From positions 62,001 through 126,000 of the forward strand of contig JBNAUL010000002.1 of assembly GCA_049700835.1 (NCBI GenBank): a stretch of 64,000 bases of DNA, given 5' to 3'. A model generated the notes under the pieces. The model made no database searches and had not been told where the DNA came from. It was given only the letters and a program-made list of their open reading frames with translations. Source of the DNA: Candidatus Woesearchaeota archaeon (GTDB lineage Archaea; Nanobdellota; Nanobdellia; Woesearchaeales; WAPY01). This document shows, piece after piece, positions 1 through 10,462 of the stretch; position 1 is the first letter of the stretch; each line of letters starts with the position of its first letter. Made by a program: the position numbers and the translations under genes.

Positions 1-1086
1 GAGCTTGAACTTAGAGAACTTCAAAAATCAGGCAGAATAGGAAGGATTGAGGTTTTGACAGAGATAAAGAACGGAAAAACAATAGGAACAATAATAATCC
101 CAAGTTCTCTTGACAAGGCAGAAACAGCAATAATTGCAGCTTCTCTTGAAATCATACAGAGAATAGGGCCTTGCAATGCAAAGGTTACCGTACAGAACAT
201 AGAAGATGTTAGGATAAGCAAGAGAAAGTTCGTGATTGAGAGGGCAAAACAGTTGCTTAAACAATTGATGGAAACAGTTATGCCTGATTCTCAAGAACTC
301 AGCGATGAGGTGGCATATTCTGTCAGAATGATGGAAATACAGGAATATGGCAGGGAAAGACTGCCTGCAGGACCTGCTGTTGACGAATCAGATGAGGTCA
401 TAGTAGTGGAAGGAAGAGCAGATGTCCTTAACTTGTTAAAGCACGGAATAAAGAATGTCATTGCAATGAACGGCACAAATGTTCCTCAAACAATAATTGA
501 TTTGAGTAAGGAAAAAACAATAATTGCATTTGTAGATGGCGATAGAGGAGGAGATTTAATACTTAAAGAACTCTTTAATGTTGCAGAAATTGATTTTGTT
601 GCAAAAGCACCTGATGGAAAAGAAGTTGAAGAGATAACAAAGAAGGAAATTCACAAGGCATTGAGGGCAAAAATAACAGGGGAGCAGTATATTCTTGAAT
701 TAAAAGGCGAGATTTCAAGACAGGAAAACGGAAGAGCTGAGAGAAACGAAGCAAGGTTTCAAAACATTAGAAAACCTTCTGTTGATTTGAGCGAACAAGA
801 AAAGAAAGTGTTCTCAGAACTGCTTGAAAACTTAATAGGCACAAGAGCGGCATGCATACTTGACAATAACCTAAAAATCCTTGGCAAGGTTCCAATATCG
901 GAATTAGAGGCAACCCTGAAAAACATACAAGGAGGAGTGTATGCTGTTGTAATTGATGGCACAGTTGACAGGAACATAGCAAAAGTAGCAGACAATTCAA
1001 GGATAAACTTCTTGGTTGGGACAGAAGCAAAGATAAAACCAACAGAGACAAGGGTAAATGTGATAACCCTGTCGCAATTGTCATGA
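1..1086 (+). CDS. dnaG: Archaeal DnaG-type primase / exosome-associated RNA-binding protein (5'-partial)
   Basis: Frame is open from base 1 (ELELRELQKSGRIGRIEV); TOPRIM motifs VVEGRADV and FVDGDRGG; archaeal DnaG signature ETAIIAASLEIIQRIGPC. Confidence 0.95.
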   Translation, partial: ELELRELQKSGRIGRIEVLTEIKNGKTIGTIIIPSSLDKAETAIIAASLEIIQRIGPCNAKVTVQNIEDVRISKRKFVIERAKQLLKQLMETVMPDSQELSDEVAYSVRMMEIQEYGRERLPAGPAVDESDEVIVVEGRADVLNLLKHGIKNVIAMNGTNVPQTIIDLSKEKTIIAFVDGDRGGDLILKELFNVAEIDFVAKAPDGKEVEEITKKEIHKALRAKITGEQYILELKGEISRQENGRAERNEARFQNIRKPSVDLSEQEKKVFSELLENLIGTRAACILDNNLKILGKVPISELEATLKNIQGGVYAVVIDGTVDRNIAKVADNSRINFLVGTEAKIKPTETRVNVITLSQLS

Positions 1087-1173
1087 ACATTCATAAGCAT
1101 TCATAAGCAAGAAAAGAGCAGAAAATGATTCAACAATTTTTATTTGATTTTTTCTTTTGATATTTTTTTTAAA

Positions 1174-1473
1174 ATGAAACTTTCAGAAGAACAGGAAAGG
1201 GAACTATTCTTTTATCTGAAAAGGGAACTTAGGAGATTATCTGTGGTAATGCTTAATGTCAAAGTGTTTAAGAATTCTGATGAAAGCAGTTTTGAACTCT
1301 TTAATTTAGCAAACAGCTATTTTAATGATGCAAAATACTTTTATGAAAAAAATGAGTTTGTTAAGAGTTTTGAATTAGCAAATTATTGTTGGGGATTGTT
1401 GGATGCGCTTGCAATTTCAAAAGCATTGAATGTACCAAAGAGGTTAAGACATTGGTTCAAGGCAGAATTCTAA
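1174..1473 (+). CDS. DUF357-like helical protein
   Basis: SYFNDAKYF...ANYCWGLLDA pattern typical of archaeal DUF357; ATG at 1174. Confidence 0.7.
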   Translation: MKLSEEQERELFFYLKRELRRLSVVMLNVKVFKNSDESSFELFNLANSYFNDAKYFYEKNEFVKSFELANYCWGLLDALAISKALNVPKRLRHWFKAEF

Positions 1474-1598
1474 TGCTTCAATCTTATTTTTTAAACGGAT
1501 TTCCTTTTTCAGATGATGCTGTAACTTAAATAATAATATTGCTTACATTATGCTTTCAACATTGGCTTTCAGATATTCTTTTAGGATATTGAGAGATA

Positions 1599-2396
1599 TT
1601 ATGATATCCTGTCATAAAAAATTTCTATCTTTGCCTTGTTCTTCAAACTATTAAGATACTTTTGGTATTCTTCATACCGTTTCTCAACCAAAATCTGATC
1701 CCTTATCTGTGCTTTTATTTCATCAAAGTTTGCTGTCATGTTGTTGTCATCGTAGAACTTCCTTATTTCCTCATCGCTAACATTAACCTTTGGATTTACT
1801 GTTTCGTTTAGGAGCTTGTTAACCAAGAGCACCTTCCAATAAAAATTTTTCAGGTCGTCCAATGAAAAATTGTTCTGTTTGAAATTATATGAAATTTCTT
1901 CAATAGACATTCCGCTTAGATTAACAGCTCTTTCCATTACTTCATTCATTTCCTGCTCGCTGACAGAATATCCCTTGTTCTTTGCCTCTTCTATCAGCAC
2001 CATTTCGTCAATAGTTTGGTTCAGAATTACTTCTTTTGTTACAACGCTCTTGTATTCCTTAGGTATGCCCCTTACAAAGAAGAAGAATTCATACTCTTTG
2101 TCAAGCTGAGCTTTTGTTATTTTTTGATTATTGACTGTTGCGACAACATCTTTTCCTAATTTTGTTGCTTTTAATGTTTTTAATTTTGGATATGAAAACG
2201 CAACAATCAATATTAAGGCAAGAATGGCAATAATCACGATCACAATTAGAATCCTGTCAATTCTTAACCTTCTGCGCTCTTTCTTCGCTTTTTTAAAATC
2301 AGGCAATTTAGTTTTTTCAAAACTCTTGAATTTAACATCGCTTGTTTTTTTGAAGCTGCTCTTGGCATTCTGTTTTCTTGTTTTCCTCTTTTGCAT
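1599..2396 (-). CDS. Membrane-anchored SurA N-terminal/PrsA-like chaperone without a PPIase domain
   Basis: Basic N-terminus, single TM helix, VVATVNNQKIT and LNQTIDEMVLIEEAKNKGYSVS, C-terminal LKNKAKIE. Confidence 0.75.
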   Translation of the reverse strand: MQKRKTRKQNAKSSFKKTSDVKFKSFEKTKLPDFKKAKKERRRLRIDRILIVIVIIAILALILIVAFSYPKLKTLKATKLGKDVVATVNNQKITKAQLDKEYEFFFFVRGIPKEYKSVVTKEVILNQTIDEMVLIEEAKNKGYSVSEQEMNEVMERAVNLSGMSIEEISYNFKQNNFSLDDLKNFYWKVLLVNKLLNETVNPKVNVSDEEIRKFYDDNNMTANFDEIKAQIRDQILVEKRYEEYQKYLNSLKNKAKIEIFYDRIS

Positions 2397-2548
2397 TTTA
2401 AAAACCTCTATTTTTTTATTTAAAATTTTTGATTTTCATCAAGTAATGCTCTTTATATAAAAATCTTTCTGATTTTTTGTTGTTTCATTAAAACCTGTTG
2501 ATTTCTTTTCAAAAGTTTTAAATAATAATTCTATTATCTTTGTGCTCA

Positions 2549-3394
2549 ATGAAGGAGAGAATTACGCTTACGATTGATGCTGAACTAATAAAAGAGGTGG
2601 ATAACACTGTTGACGGCTTCAATGTAAAGAATAGAAGCCACGCAGTTGAACTTCTTCTGATGAAGGCACTTGTAAATCACAGGCCAAAAAAAGCAGTCAT
2701 ACTTGCAGCAAGTAAAGGGCAAAGATTAAGGCCACTGACATATGAAACCCCAAAACCGTTAATCATGATAAAGAACAAACCACTGCTTCAGTACAATATA
2801 GAACTTCTTAGAAATTTCAATATAAGAGAGATAATCCTAGTTGTAGGTTATCTAAAGGACAAAATAATAAATTATTTCGGAGACGGTTCAAATTTTGGAG
2901 TTAACATAACTTATTTTGAGGAAGATCCTGATAATCTTCCTGGAACAGCAGGTTCTTTAAAGCTTGTAAAGCATGCAATAAATAACACATTCATACTTAT
3001 GTACGGGGACAATCTATACGATATAAACATCGCTGATTTTTATCTATATCACAAAGAGAACAACTCCCTTGCAACTGTTGGTTTGAAAAACATTACAGAG
3101 GATTTAAAGGATTACGGGCTTGCAGAACTTAGGGGTAATAAGATAGTAAAATTCTCTGAAAAACCAGCAACCCTTAATTCAGGACTTGCAAATGCAGGGA
3201 TATTTGTATTAGAACCAGAAGTAATAAACATGGTTACAAAATCTGGTTTCAGCATGTTGGAGAATGATGTCTTTCCAAAACTTGCTCAAGAGGAAAAGCT
3301 CTATGGATATGTCTTTGACGGGCAGTGGTTTGACATAAAGGACAGCAGGAGTTATGAAAAGGCATTGAAAGAATGGAAACCAAAAAATATTTAA
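2549..3394 (+). CDS. Ribbon-helix-helix + sugar-phosphate nucleotidyltransferase fusion
   Basis: N-terminal RHH (KERITLTID...NRSHAVELLL) followed by an NTP_transferase domain (AVILAASKGQRLRPLT, PKPL, GTAGSL, YGD, FSEKP, NAGIFVL, WFDI). Confidence 0.85.
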   Translation: MKERITLTIDAELIKEVDNTVDGFNVKNRSHAVELLLMKALVNHRPKKAVILAASKGQRLRPLTYETPKPLIMIKNKPLLQYNIELLRNFNIREIILVVGYLKDKIINYFGDGSNFGVNITYFEEDPDNLPGTAGSLKLVKHAINNTFILMYGDNLYDINIADFYLYHKENNSLATVGLKNITEDLKDYGLAELRGNKIVKFSEKPATLNSGLANAGIFVLEPEVINMVTKSGFSMLENDVFPKLAQEEKLYGYVFDGQWFDIKDSRSYEKALKEWKPKNI

Positions 3395-3421
3395 AATTTA
3401 CAAAAGAGTTTTAAAAGAGAG

Positions 3422-4786
3422 ATGAGCGGCCTGTTTAGAACTTACGACATAAGAGGAATATATCCTCAAGAATTGAATGAGGAGAACGCATACTTAATAG
3501 CAAAATCCTTTCTGCAGTACGCAAATGAGAATTTCAACGCAGAAAATTTTTTTATTGGGCACGATGCAAGAATCTCAAGCCCTAAACTTCATGAATCCGT
3601 AATAAATGGTTTGTTGGATTCAGGAGCAAGCGTTAAGGACATAGGGTTGGCAACAACTCCGTTACTAAATTTTTGTGTCGCGCATTACAATGAAAGAGCA
3701 GGAGTAATGATAACAGCATCTCACAATCCAAAAGAATACAATGGAATAAAACTGATAGGTCCTAATGCTTTGCAACTGCATTATGAAAAAGGGCTTCAAA
3801 GCGTTGAGTTGCTCTTCAATCAAAAGAATCTTGATTTTAAACTATTCAAGAAAGGTAAATTAAAGAACCAACGTGAAAACGCTTTGAACGATTACATAAA
3901 TCATCTTTTAAAATTTTCAGAGATAAAAAATTTTAAAAAGAGGTTTGCTGTTGATTTCATGAGCGGATGCGGAAGCATAACTGCTCTGCCGCTTTTTGAA
4001 AAGTTGGGCATAAAAGCTTTTTTCTTAAACGAAATTCCAAATGGAGATTTTCCAAAACACCAGCCAGACCCAATGAAAAAAGAGAATTTGGAAGAACTTA
4101 AAGAAGAGATTGTCAAAAACAACCTTGATTTTGGAGTTGCTTTTGATGGTGACGCTGACAGGCTTGTAATTCTTGACGAAAATGGAAATGTTATAAATTC
4201 AGACATTCTTTTTGGACTCTTGTGCTCTGAAGAACTGGAAAAAAGTTCTGAAAAAACAATCTATGTTGATCCAAGGTTCAGCAGAGGCGTTATAGAAGAA
4301 CTTAATGCTAAGGGAGCGAACATAATAACTCTAAGAGTAGGAAACCCATTCTATAAGGAAGCACTTTACAACGATGATTTTTCCTTAATGGCAGGAGAGT
4401 TCTCAGGACATCTAATGTTTAAGGAAAACTATGGAATAGACGATGGTTTGTTTTCCCTTTTAAAATTTCTAAACATGGTAAGCAAAAGCGAAAAACCTGT
4501 TTCTGAACTTTTCAAGCCATTCCAAAAATATTTTAGAAGCGAAGAAATAAACTTGAAAGTTGATTACATGGACCAGATATTGATTGAATTAGAGGATTAT
4601 TATGCAAATGCAAAAATTTCAAAAATTGATGGTTTGAAAATAATGTTTGATGATTGGTGGGCAATAATAAGAAAAAGCAACACAGAACCTTTGATAAGAA
4701 TCATAGTAGAAGCAAAAACAAAAGATTTGCTTGAAAAGAAACAAGAAGAAATCATAAATAGGATTAATCTGTTGGACAGAAAATAA
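3422..4786 (+). CDS. Phosphomannomutase/phosphoglucomutase (alpha-D-phosphohexomutase)
   Basis: YDIRG, TASHNP catalytic Ser, FDGDADR metal loop, GEFSGH, RKSNTEP. Confidence 0.95.
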   Translation: MSGLFRTYDIRGIYPQELNEENAYLIAKSFLQYANENFNAENFFIGHDARISSPKLHESVINGLLDSGASVKDIGLATTPLLNFCVAHYNERAGVMITASHNPKEYNGIKLIGPNALQLHYEKGLQSVELLFNQKNLDFKLFKKGKLKNQRENALNDYINHLLKFSEIKNFKKRFAVDFMSGCGSITALPLFEKLGIKAFFLNEIPNGDFPKHQPDPMKKENLEELKEEIVKNNLDFGVAFDGDADRLVILDENGNVINSDILFGLLCSEELEKSSEKTIYVDPRFSRGVIEELNAKGANIITLRVGNPFYKEALYNDDFSLMAGEFSGHLMFKENYGIDDGLFSLLKFLNMVSKSEKPVSELFKPFQKYFRSEEINLKVDYMDQILIELEDYYANAKISKIDGLKIMFDDWWAIIRKSNTEPLIRIIVEAKTKDLLEKKQEEIINRINLLDRK

Positions 4787-5086
4787 GTTAAAGATCGGAA
4801 AGTATTGGAAAGCCATAAAATTATAATAAAAAATCCATAAAATTAAATTTAATTATTGTCAGGATAAGTCATTAATTTTAAATTAGAAACGCATAAATTT
4901 AAACCTTGACACCAAGCCACCAAGCCTGCAAAATTTTAGAATTCTAAAAATATGAACCTACTTCACTTTTATTTAACTGCTTACCTCAAAAACCACAAGT
5001 TTTAAATATTATATTAAAATCTTTTCTTATAGAGAAGCATTAAAATTAAAAATGCTTTCTTTTAAACCCACGAATAGGGTGTAGTA

Positions 5087-5440
5087 ATGAAGCTTTTACC
5101 TGCTATCAGAAGGGAAAAAGTAAGATACTTAGTTTTTGAAATAATCGCCTCAAAAGGCAAAAAAATAAAATCAGTTTATGCTGTTGATGAGATAAACAAG
5201 AACCTTTTTAACTATTTTGGAATTTACAGCATGAGCTTTGCAAGGCCATGGCTTTTTCAAGAACTTTACTCAGAAGAAAAGAACATGGGAATATTAAAAG
5301 TGAATAGGAAATACCTTAACCATGCAAGAACAGCTTTAGCTCTTATAAAAAAAATAAAGGATGATGATGTTATAATAAAAACAAGGATTGTCTCAGGAAC
5401 AATGAAAAGGGCTAAGGAGTTTTTGAACAGAGCACAATAA
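5087..5440 (+). CDS. rnp2: Ribonuclease P protein component 2 (Pop5)
   Basis: LPAIRREKVRYLVFEI and VSGTMKRA motifs; lies upstream of psmA as in the conserved archaeal superoperon. Confidence 0.88.
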   Translation: MKLLPAIRREKVRYLVFEIIASKGKKIKSVYAVDEINKNLFNYFGIYSMSFARPWLFQELYSEEKNMGILKVNRKYLNHARTALALIKKIKDDDVIIKTRIVSGTMKRAKEFLNRAQ

Positions 5441-5638
5441 AATTCAAATAAGAATGACATAAAAAGAAATAAATAAATTAATATCAAATCAGTATTAAAA
5501 CAAAATAATATAAATGCATATAAATCAATGATAAATAATAAAAAAGGAAAAAAGAACAAAAATAACATATGCAATAAAAAATTATGCATGTTTTAATGAT
5601 AAAAAATTTCAATAAAATAAATTTTGGAGGGAGAGAAA

Positions 5639-6403
5639 ATGGCTGAAGATGTAGAACCATTACAGCATCAAGTTATGGGTTATGACAGGGCTATAACCAT
5701 GTTTAGTCCTGACGGAAGGTTACTGCAGGTTGAGTATGCTAAAAAAACAGTAAGGCAGGGCTCAACAGCGATTGGATTGGTCTGTAGCGACGGGATTCTG
5801 TTTGTTGCTGATAAAAGAATTTTAGATCCGCTGATAGTTTCAGAAGCAGTTGAAAAGATTTGGGCTGTTGACGAGCACATTGGGATAACAGCAGCAGGAA
5901 TAATCTCTGACGCAAGAGTTTTGATAGAAAGAGCCCAAGTTTTGGCACAGCAGCACATGGTTACATACGATTACCCAATAGATGTTTTGACAATAGTAAA
6001 GAACCTATGCAACCTAAAACAGCTTTGCACTCAGAGCGGAGGATTAAGACCTTTCGGAGTTTCGCTCTTAATCGGAGGAATAGACAAAGATGGGCCAAAA
6101 CTCTACGAGACAGATCCGACAGGAATATACTTCAGATACAAGGCAGCGGTAATCGGAGAAGGAGAAGCAGTTATTGAAAAGAGATTGTACAAGGAATACA
6201 AGGAAAGCATGAAAATACAAGATGCTTTTAAATTGGCTCTTAATCTTTTGGCAAGCGCCCTTGATAAGAATTTCAATGCTGAAAGGGTTGCAGCTGCTTA
6301 CATCAAAACAGAAGAGAAGAAATTCACAAAGATGCCAAAAGAAGAAATAGAAAAGGCATTTTCACAACTCAAAATCAAAAAAGAAAAAGACGAGAAAGAA
6401 TAA
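5639..6403 (+). CDS. psmA: Proteasome subunit alpha
   Basis: GYDRAITMFSPDGRLLQVEYA signature, RPFGVSLL, ETDPTG; GGAGG upstream. Confidence 0.97.
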   Translation: MAEDVEPLQHQVMGYDRAITMFSPDGRLLQVEYAKKTVRQGSTAIGLVCSDGILFVADKRILDPLIVSEAVEKIWAVDEHIGITAAGIISDARVLIERAQVLAQQHMVTYDYPIDVLTIVKNLCNLKQLCTQSGGLRPFGVSLLIGGIDKDGPKLYETDPTGIYFRYKAAVIGEGEAVIEKRLYKEYKESMKIQDAFKLALNLLASALDKNFNAERVAAAYIKTEEKKFTKMPKEEIEKAFSQLKIKKEKDEKE

Positions 6404-6576
6404 AAGACAGATAACAATAAACAAGAATAATAATAAACAATGATGACAATAATAAACAAAAATAAAAAAATTAGATAAAATTGAAAATAAAAAAGGATGA
6501 AGCAATGAATAAACTTTGAATGAATTTTAATTGAAAATATTAAGATAAGAAAGATAATAAAAATAGAGAGGAAAAA

Positions 6577-7290
6577 ATGCCAGCTCCAATAGGTTTTGGA
6601 AGGGAAAAAATACATTTCAACCTTGCAATGCTGAAAAAACAAGGTCATCAGTTTCAAATAGTCATTGATGCTGATAAGGCAGTTGAGTACAAGCAGGGAA
6701 ATGCTGACATAAGAGATGTCCTTAAGAGCGAACATGTGTATGCTGATGCAGAAAAGGGAATGTTGGCTTCTGAAAATGCAATAAAGGAAATATTTGGAAC
6801 AAACGATGTTCTTAAGATAGCTGAAACAATACTGAAAGAAGGAGAAATCCAATTCACAGCAGATTACAGAAGGAAACTTTTAGAGCAAAAGACAAACAGG
6901 ATTGTTGATTTAATCTCAAAGAATGCAATAAATCCACAGACAAAACTTCCTCATCCGCCTGACAGGATAAGGAATGCTATTGAAGAGGCAAAAGTAAAGA
7001 TTGACATGTTCAAAAAACCAGAAGACCAGGTTAAAGAAATCGTGAAAAGGATTTCAGCAATAATTCCCATAAGAATAGAAAACATAGTAATAAAAATAAA
7101 GATTCCAGTTAACTATGCTGCAAAATGCTACTCTATTATAAAATCCTTTTCAAGCATAAGGAATGAGGAATGGTTAAGCGACGGTTCTTTGTCAGTTACA
7201 GTTGAAATTCCTGCAGGGCTTAAAGAGAATTTTATGGACAAGCTTAACAAGATAACTCATGGAAGTTTGGAACTTGAAATACTAAAATAA
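6577..7290 (+). CDS. Ribosome maturation factor SBDS/SDO1
   Basis: NAINPQTKLPHPPDRI motif; conserved position between psmA and rrp4. Confidence 0.95.
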   Translation: MPAPIGFGREKIHFNLAMLKKQGHQFQIVIDADKAVEYKQGNADIRDVLKSEHVYADAEKGMLASENAIKEIFGTNDVLKIAETILKEGEIQFTADYRRKLLEQKTNRIVDLISKNAINPQTKLPHPPDRIRNAIEEAKVKIDMFKKPEDQVKEIVKRISAIIPIRIENIVIKIKIPVNYAAKCYSIIKSFSSIRNEEWLSDGSLSVTVEIPAGLKENFMDKLNKITHGSLELEILK

Positions 7291-7316
7291 AAAAACAGGA
7301 AATAAGGGTGATCTAA

Positions 7317-8018
7317 ATGGGGACTTTGTACCACAACAGCAAAGAGATTGTTGTTCCAGGAACAGTGGTTGCAGAAGGAAAGGAATACATTCCTTCCTTT
7401 GGAACTTTCAAAGAGGAGGAAAAGATAATAACATCTATATTAGGCATACTCAACATAGATGGAAACTTGATAAAAATAACTCCTCTTGCCGGAACTTACA
7501 TGCCAAAAGTAGGAGATGTGATAATAGGAAAGATTATAGATGTCACAATAGGTGGTTGGAGGGTTGATACTAACTCTGCATACTCTGCAATGCTATCCAT
7601 AAAGGAGGCAACAACAAACTTCATACAAAAGGGCGCTGATTTGACAAGATTTTATGATATTGGAGATTATATCTTTACAAAGATAATAAATGTTACTTCT
7701 CAAAAACTTGTTGATTTGACAATGAAAGCTCCAGGCCTTAGAAAGCTTCCAAGTGGAAGCATTATAAAGGTAAGCCCAATAAAAGTGCCTCGCATAATAG
7801 GAAAGAATGGTTCAATGGTAAATCTCATAAAGGATGAAACAAAGTGCAAGATAATAGTAGGGCAAAACGGGCTTATTTGGATACAGGGAACTCCAAAGGA
7901 AGAATTGGTTGCGATAAAAACAATAAAGAGAATTGAACAGGATTCCCACCTGCCTGGTCTAACAGAAAAGGTAAGCGCTTATTTAAAAGAACTGAAAAAG
8001 GAGTACAAACTTGAATAG
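7317..8018 (+). CDS. rrp4: Exosome RNA-binding subunit Rrp4
   Basis: IVVPG, YMPKVGDVIIGKI (S1 domain), VPRIIGKNGSM and VGQNGLIWI (KH domain). Confidence 0.95.
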   Translation: MGTLYHNSKEIVVPGTVVAEGKEYIPSFGTFKEEEKIITSILGILNIDGNLIKITPLAGTYMPKVGDVIIGKIIDVTIGGWRVDTNSAYSAMLSIKEATTNFIQKGADLTRFYDIGDYIFTKIINVTSQKLVDLTMKAPGLRKLPSGSIIKVSPIKVPRIIGKNGSMVNLIKDETKCKIIVGQNGLIWIQGTPKEELVAIKTIKRIEQDSHLPGLTEKVSAYLKELKKEYKLE

Positions 8019-8051
8019 ATTATTGTTTTATAAAATTTTAAGGGTGAAAAT

Positions 8052-8783
8052 ATGAGCTATAATAAAAGAATTGACGGGAGAAAATTCAACGAACTTAGAC
8101 CAATAGAAGCAAAAGTAGGAGTAATACCAAGAGCAGACGGTTCTGCTTTCTTTAAAATAGGAAACACCTGGGCATATGCGACTGTTTATGGCCCAAGAAA
8201 TTTGTATCCAAAAGCATTGCAGAATCCTGCAAGGGGAATTTTGAGATGCACATACAACATGATGCCATTTTCAGGAGCAGGAGAAAGGGTAAGGCCCGGG
8301 CCTTCAAGAAGATCAAAAGAGATTTCATTAGTAACAGAAAATGCACTGCTTCCTGTTTTGAATCTTGAGGACTTCCCAAACTCTGTTGTTGATGTTTACA
8401 TCGACCTGCCGCAAACAGATGCTGGTTCAAGATGCGCAGGAATAACAGCAGCTGCAATGGCTCTTGCAGACGCAGGAATACCTATGAAGGACATGCCTGT
8501 TGCAGTTGCTGTTGGAAAGGTTGACAACCAATTTTTGGTTGATTTAAATTATGAAGAGGAAGCATACGAAGGAGAGGTTGTTGACATGCCAATAGCAATC
8601 ATTCCAAGAACAAGGGAGATAACCTTGTTGCAGATGGATGGGCAGTTGAAACCAGATGATTTTGAAAAACTCTTAGACATTGCAATTGAGCCGTTGCTTA
8701 AAATAAATGAAATACAAAAAAGGGCTCTTAAGGAAAAATTCAAGGGATTGAGCGAAGATGAGGTGAAGAACAATGACATTTGA
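8052..8783 (+). CDS. rrp41: Exosome exonuclease Rrp41
   Basis: RIDGRKFNELRP, ADGSA, PSRRSKEIS, DAGSRCAG, LLQMDG. Confidence 0.96.
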   Translation: MSYNKRIDGRKFNELRPIEAKVGVIPRADGSAFFKIGNTWAYATVYGPRNLYPKALQNPARGILRCTYNMMPFSGAGERVRPGPSRRSKEISLVTENALLPVLNLEDFPNSVVDVYIDLPQTDAGSRCAGITAAAMALADAGIPMKDMPVAVAVGKVDNQFLVDLNYEEEAYEGEVVDMPIAIIPRTREITLLQMDGQLKPDDFEKLLDIAIEPLLKINEIQKRALKEKFKGLSEDEVKNNDI

Positions 8784-9555
8784 AAAGCAAAGAATCATTG
8801 CTGCTTTGGAAGAAGGAATAAGGTTTGATGGAAGAAAACCTTTGGATTATAGGAATGTTGAGATAAGTTTAGGAGGAGTAAAAACAGCAGAGGGTTTTGC
8901 AAGGGTAAAGATAGGAGAAACAGAGGTTTTAGCAGGCATAAAACTTTCAATAGACAAGCCTTTTCCTGACACTCCTGATGAAGGAGGGATTTCTGTGAAT
9001 GCTGAACTGCCTCCAATGGCAAGTCCTGAATTTGAATCAGGACCTCCAAGCGATTATGCAATAGAGCTTGCAAGAATAGTTGACAGGGGCATAAGGGAAT
9101 CAAAAACCATTGATTTAAAAAAACTCTGCATAGAACCTTACGAAAAGGCATGGTTTGTAAACATTGATTTGTGGGCTTTAAACGACTCTGGAAATCTGTT
9201 GGATGCTTTTGGAATAGCAGCAATATCTGCTCTAAAGAATACAGTATTCCCAGAATATGACGGAAGGGTTATAAATTACAAGAAATTGACAAAAAAGAAA
9301 CTTGAAGTTAAAAAAACCCCAATTCCAGTTACTGTCATAAAAATAGGAAAGCATTTGATAGTTGATCCAACAGTGGAAGAGGAGAGCGCATTGGATGCAA
9401 GATTAACAGTAACAACAACTGAAGACGAAATAATAACAGCGCTTCAAAAAGGAGGAACATCTCCTCTGACAATGAAAGAAGCCAAGGAAATGATAAGCAT
9501 TGCTTTAAAAAAAGCAAAAGAACTTAGAAAAACAATTGAAAAGGAGATAAGATAG
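8773..9555 (+). CDS. rrp42: Exosome subunit Rrp42
   Basis: RFDGRK, PFPDTPDEG, FESGPP, ELARIVDRGIRES, QKGG; overlaps the rrp41 stop. Confidence 0.96.
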   Translation: MTFEKQRIIAALEEGIRFDGRKPLDYRNVEISLGGVKTAEGFARVKIGETEVLAGIKLSIDKPFPDTPDEGGISVNAELPPMASPEFESGPPSDYAIELARIVDRGIRESKTIDLKKLCIEPYEKAWFVNIDLWALNDSGNLLDAFGIAAISALKNTVFPEYDGRVINYKKLTKKKLEVKKTPIPVTVIKIGKHLIVDPTVEEESALDARLTVTTTEDEIITALQKGGTSPLTMKEAKEMISIALKKAKELRKTIEKEIR

Positions 9556-9668
9556 ATAAGATGGCTTTTTTATGGCTTTTTTAAAAAGCAAAAGATTTTT
9601 ATAGAATAACAAAGAACATCTGCAAATTAAAGAATCAAAAAATGTTTAAATTTGTTCAGGTGATTTTA

Positions 9669-9905
9669 ATGGTTAACAAAAAAGAGGAAAAAGGCGAAGA
9701 AATTAAATACACAAAGTATGAAATTGCAAGAATGCTTGGAAGCAGGGCATTGCAATTAGCGCTCGGAGCACCTTTTTTAGTTAAGGTCAGCGAAAAGGAG
9801 CTTGAAAGGATAAAATACAATCCATTGAAGATTGCAGAAATGGAGTTTAGTCAAGGAGTTCTTCCAATTACAGTAAAAAGACCATTGCCAGGACAGAAAA
9901 AATAA
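9669..9905 (+). CDS. rpoK: DNA-directed RNA polymerase subunit K (Rpo6)
   Basis: TKYEIARMLGSRALQLALGAP...LPITVKR; SD AGGTGAT before ATG 9669. Confidence 0.95.
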   Translation: MVNKKEEKGEEIKYTKYEIARMLGSRALQLALGAPFLVKVSEKELERIKYNPLKIAEMEFSQGVLPITVKRPLPGQKK

Positions 9906-10462
9906 ATGATAAATGCAAATAATAAATGGTTAAGTAATAAATGGACTTTAAATAAATTGTTTATAAAAAACATTTGAAGAATAATTCAAAATATACTGAA
10001 AAGATTTAAAACAAATGGAATTTCTTTCATATCATAAAAAACACAGGGTTGCGATTATTTAAAATACAAGTTTATTTTGAATTGATATTCTGCTATCATA
10101 ATTTATTATAATAATGGCAAAATTCAAAATTTATAATTTATAAGAGTTCTGAAAACTAAAAAATTTTATTTTTTTCTATTATGCTATTTAAATCTTTATA
10201 CCAAAATATCATAGCAAAAATGCAGCATATCAGGAACAACTTAAGAAAAGCGTTGTTTTTATACCCAATAATTTTTAATTAATATCTTTTGATTTAACGC
10301 GTAAATTAAAAAATAATAATGCAAAAAATAATAATGAAAAAAACAAGAAATAAAACAAGTTTTTAGATATAACCCTTAGAAACTTTTTATGAGCTATTTT
10401 ATTTAAAAATATTTAAAATCATTTAAAAATAAAAAATCAAAAAATAAAAAATCAACTTATTT

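Noticed and set aside
5033..5080. Two small inverted repeats upstream of rnp2
   Set aside because: Short, AT-rich stems expected by chance; no known motif recognised.
9906..10462. Long AT-rich spacer as a replication origin
   Set aside because: No ORB-like repeats or G-strings and no adjacent cdc6/orc1; similar AT-rich spacers occur elsewhere in the window.
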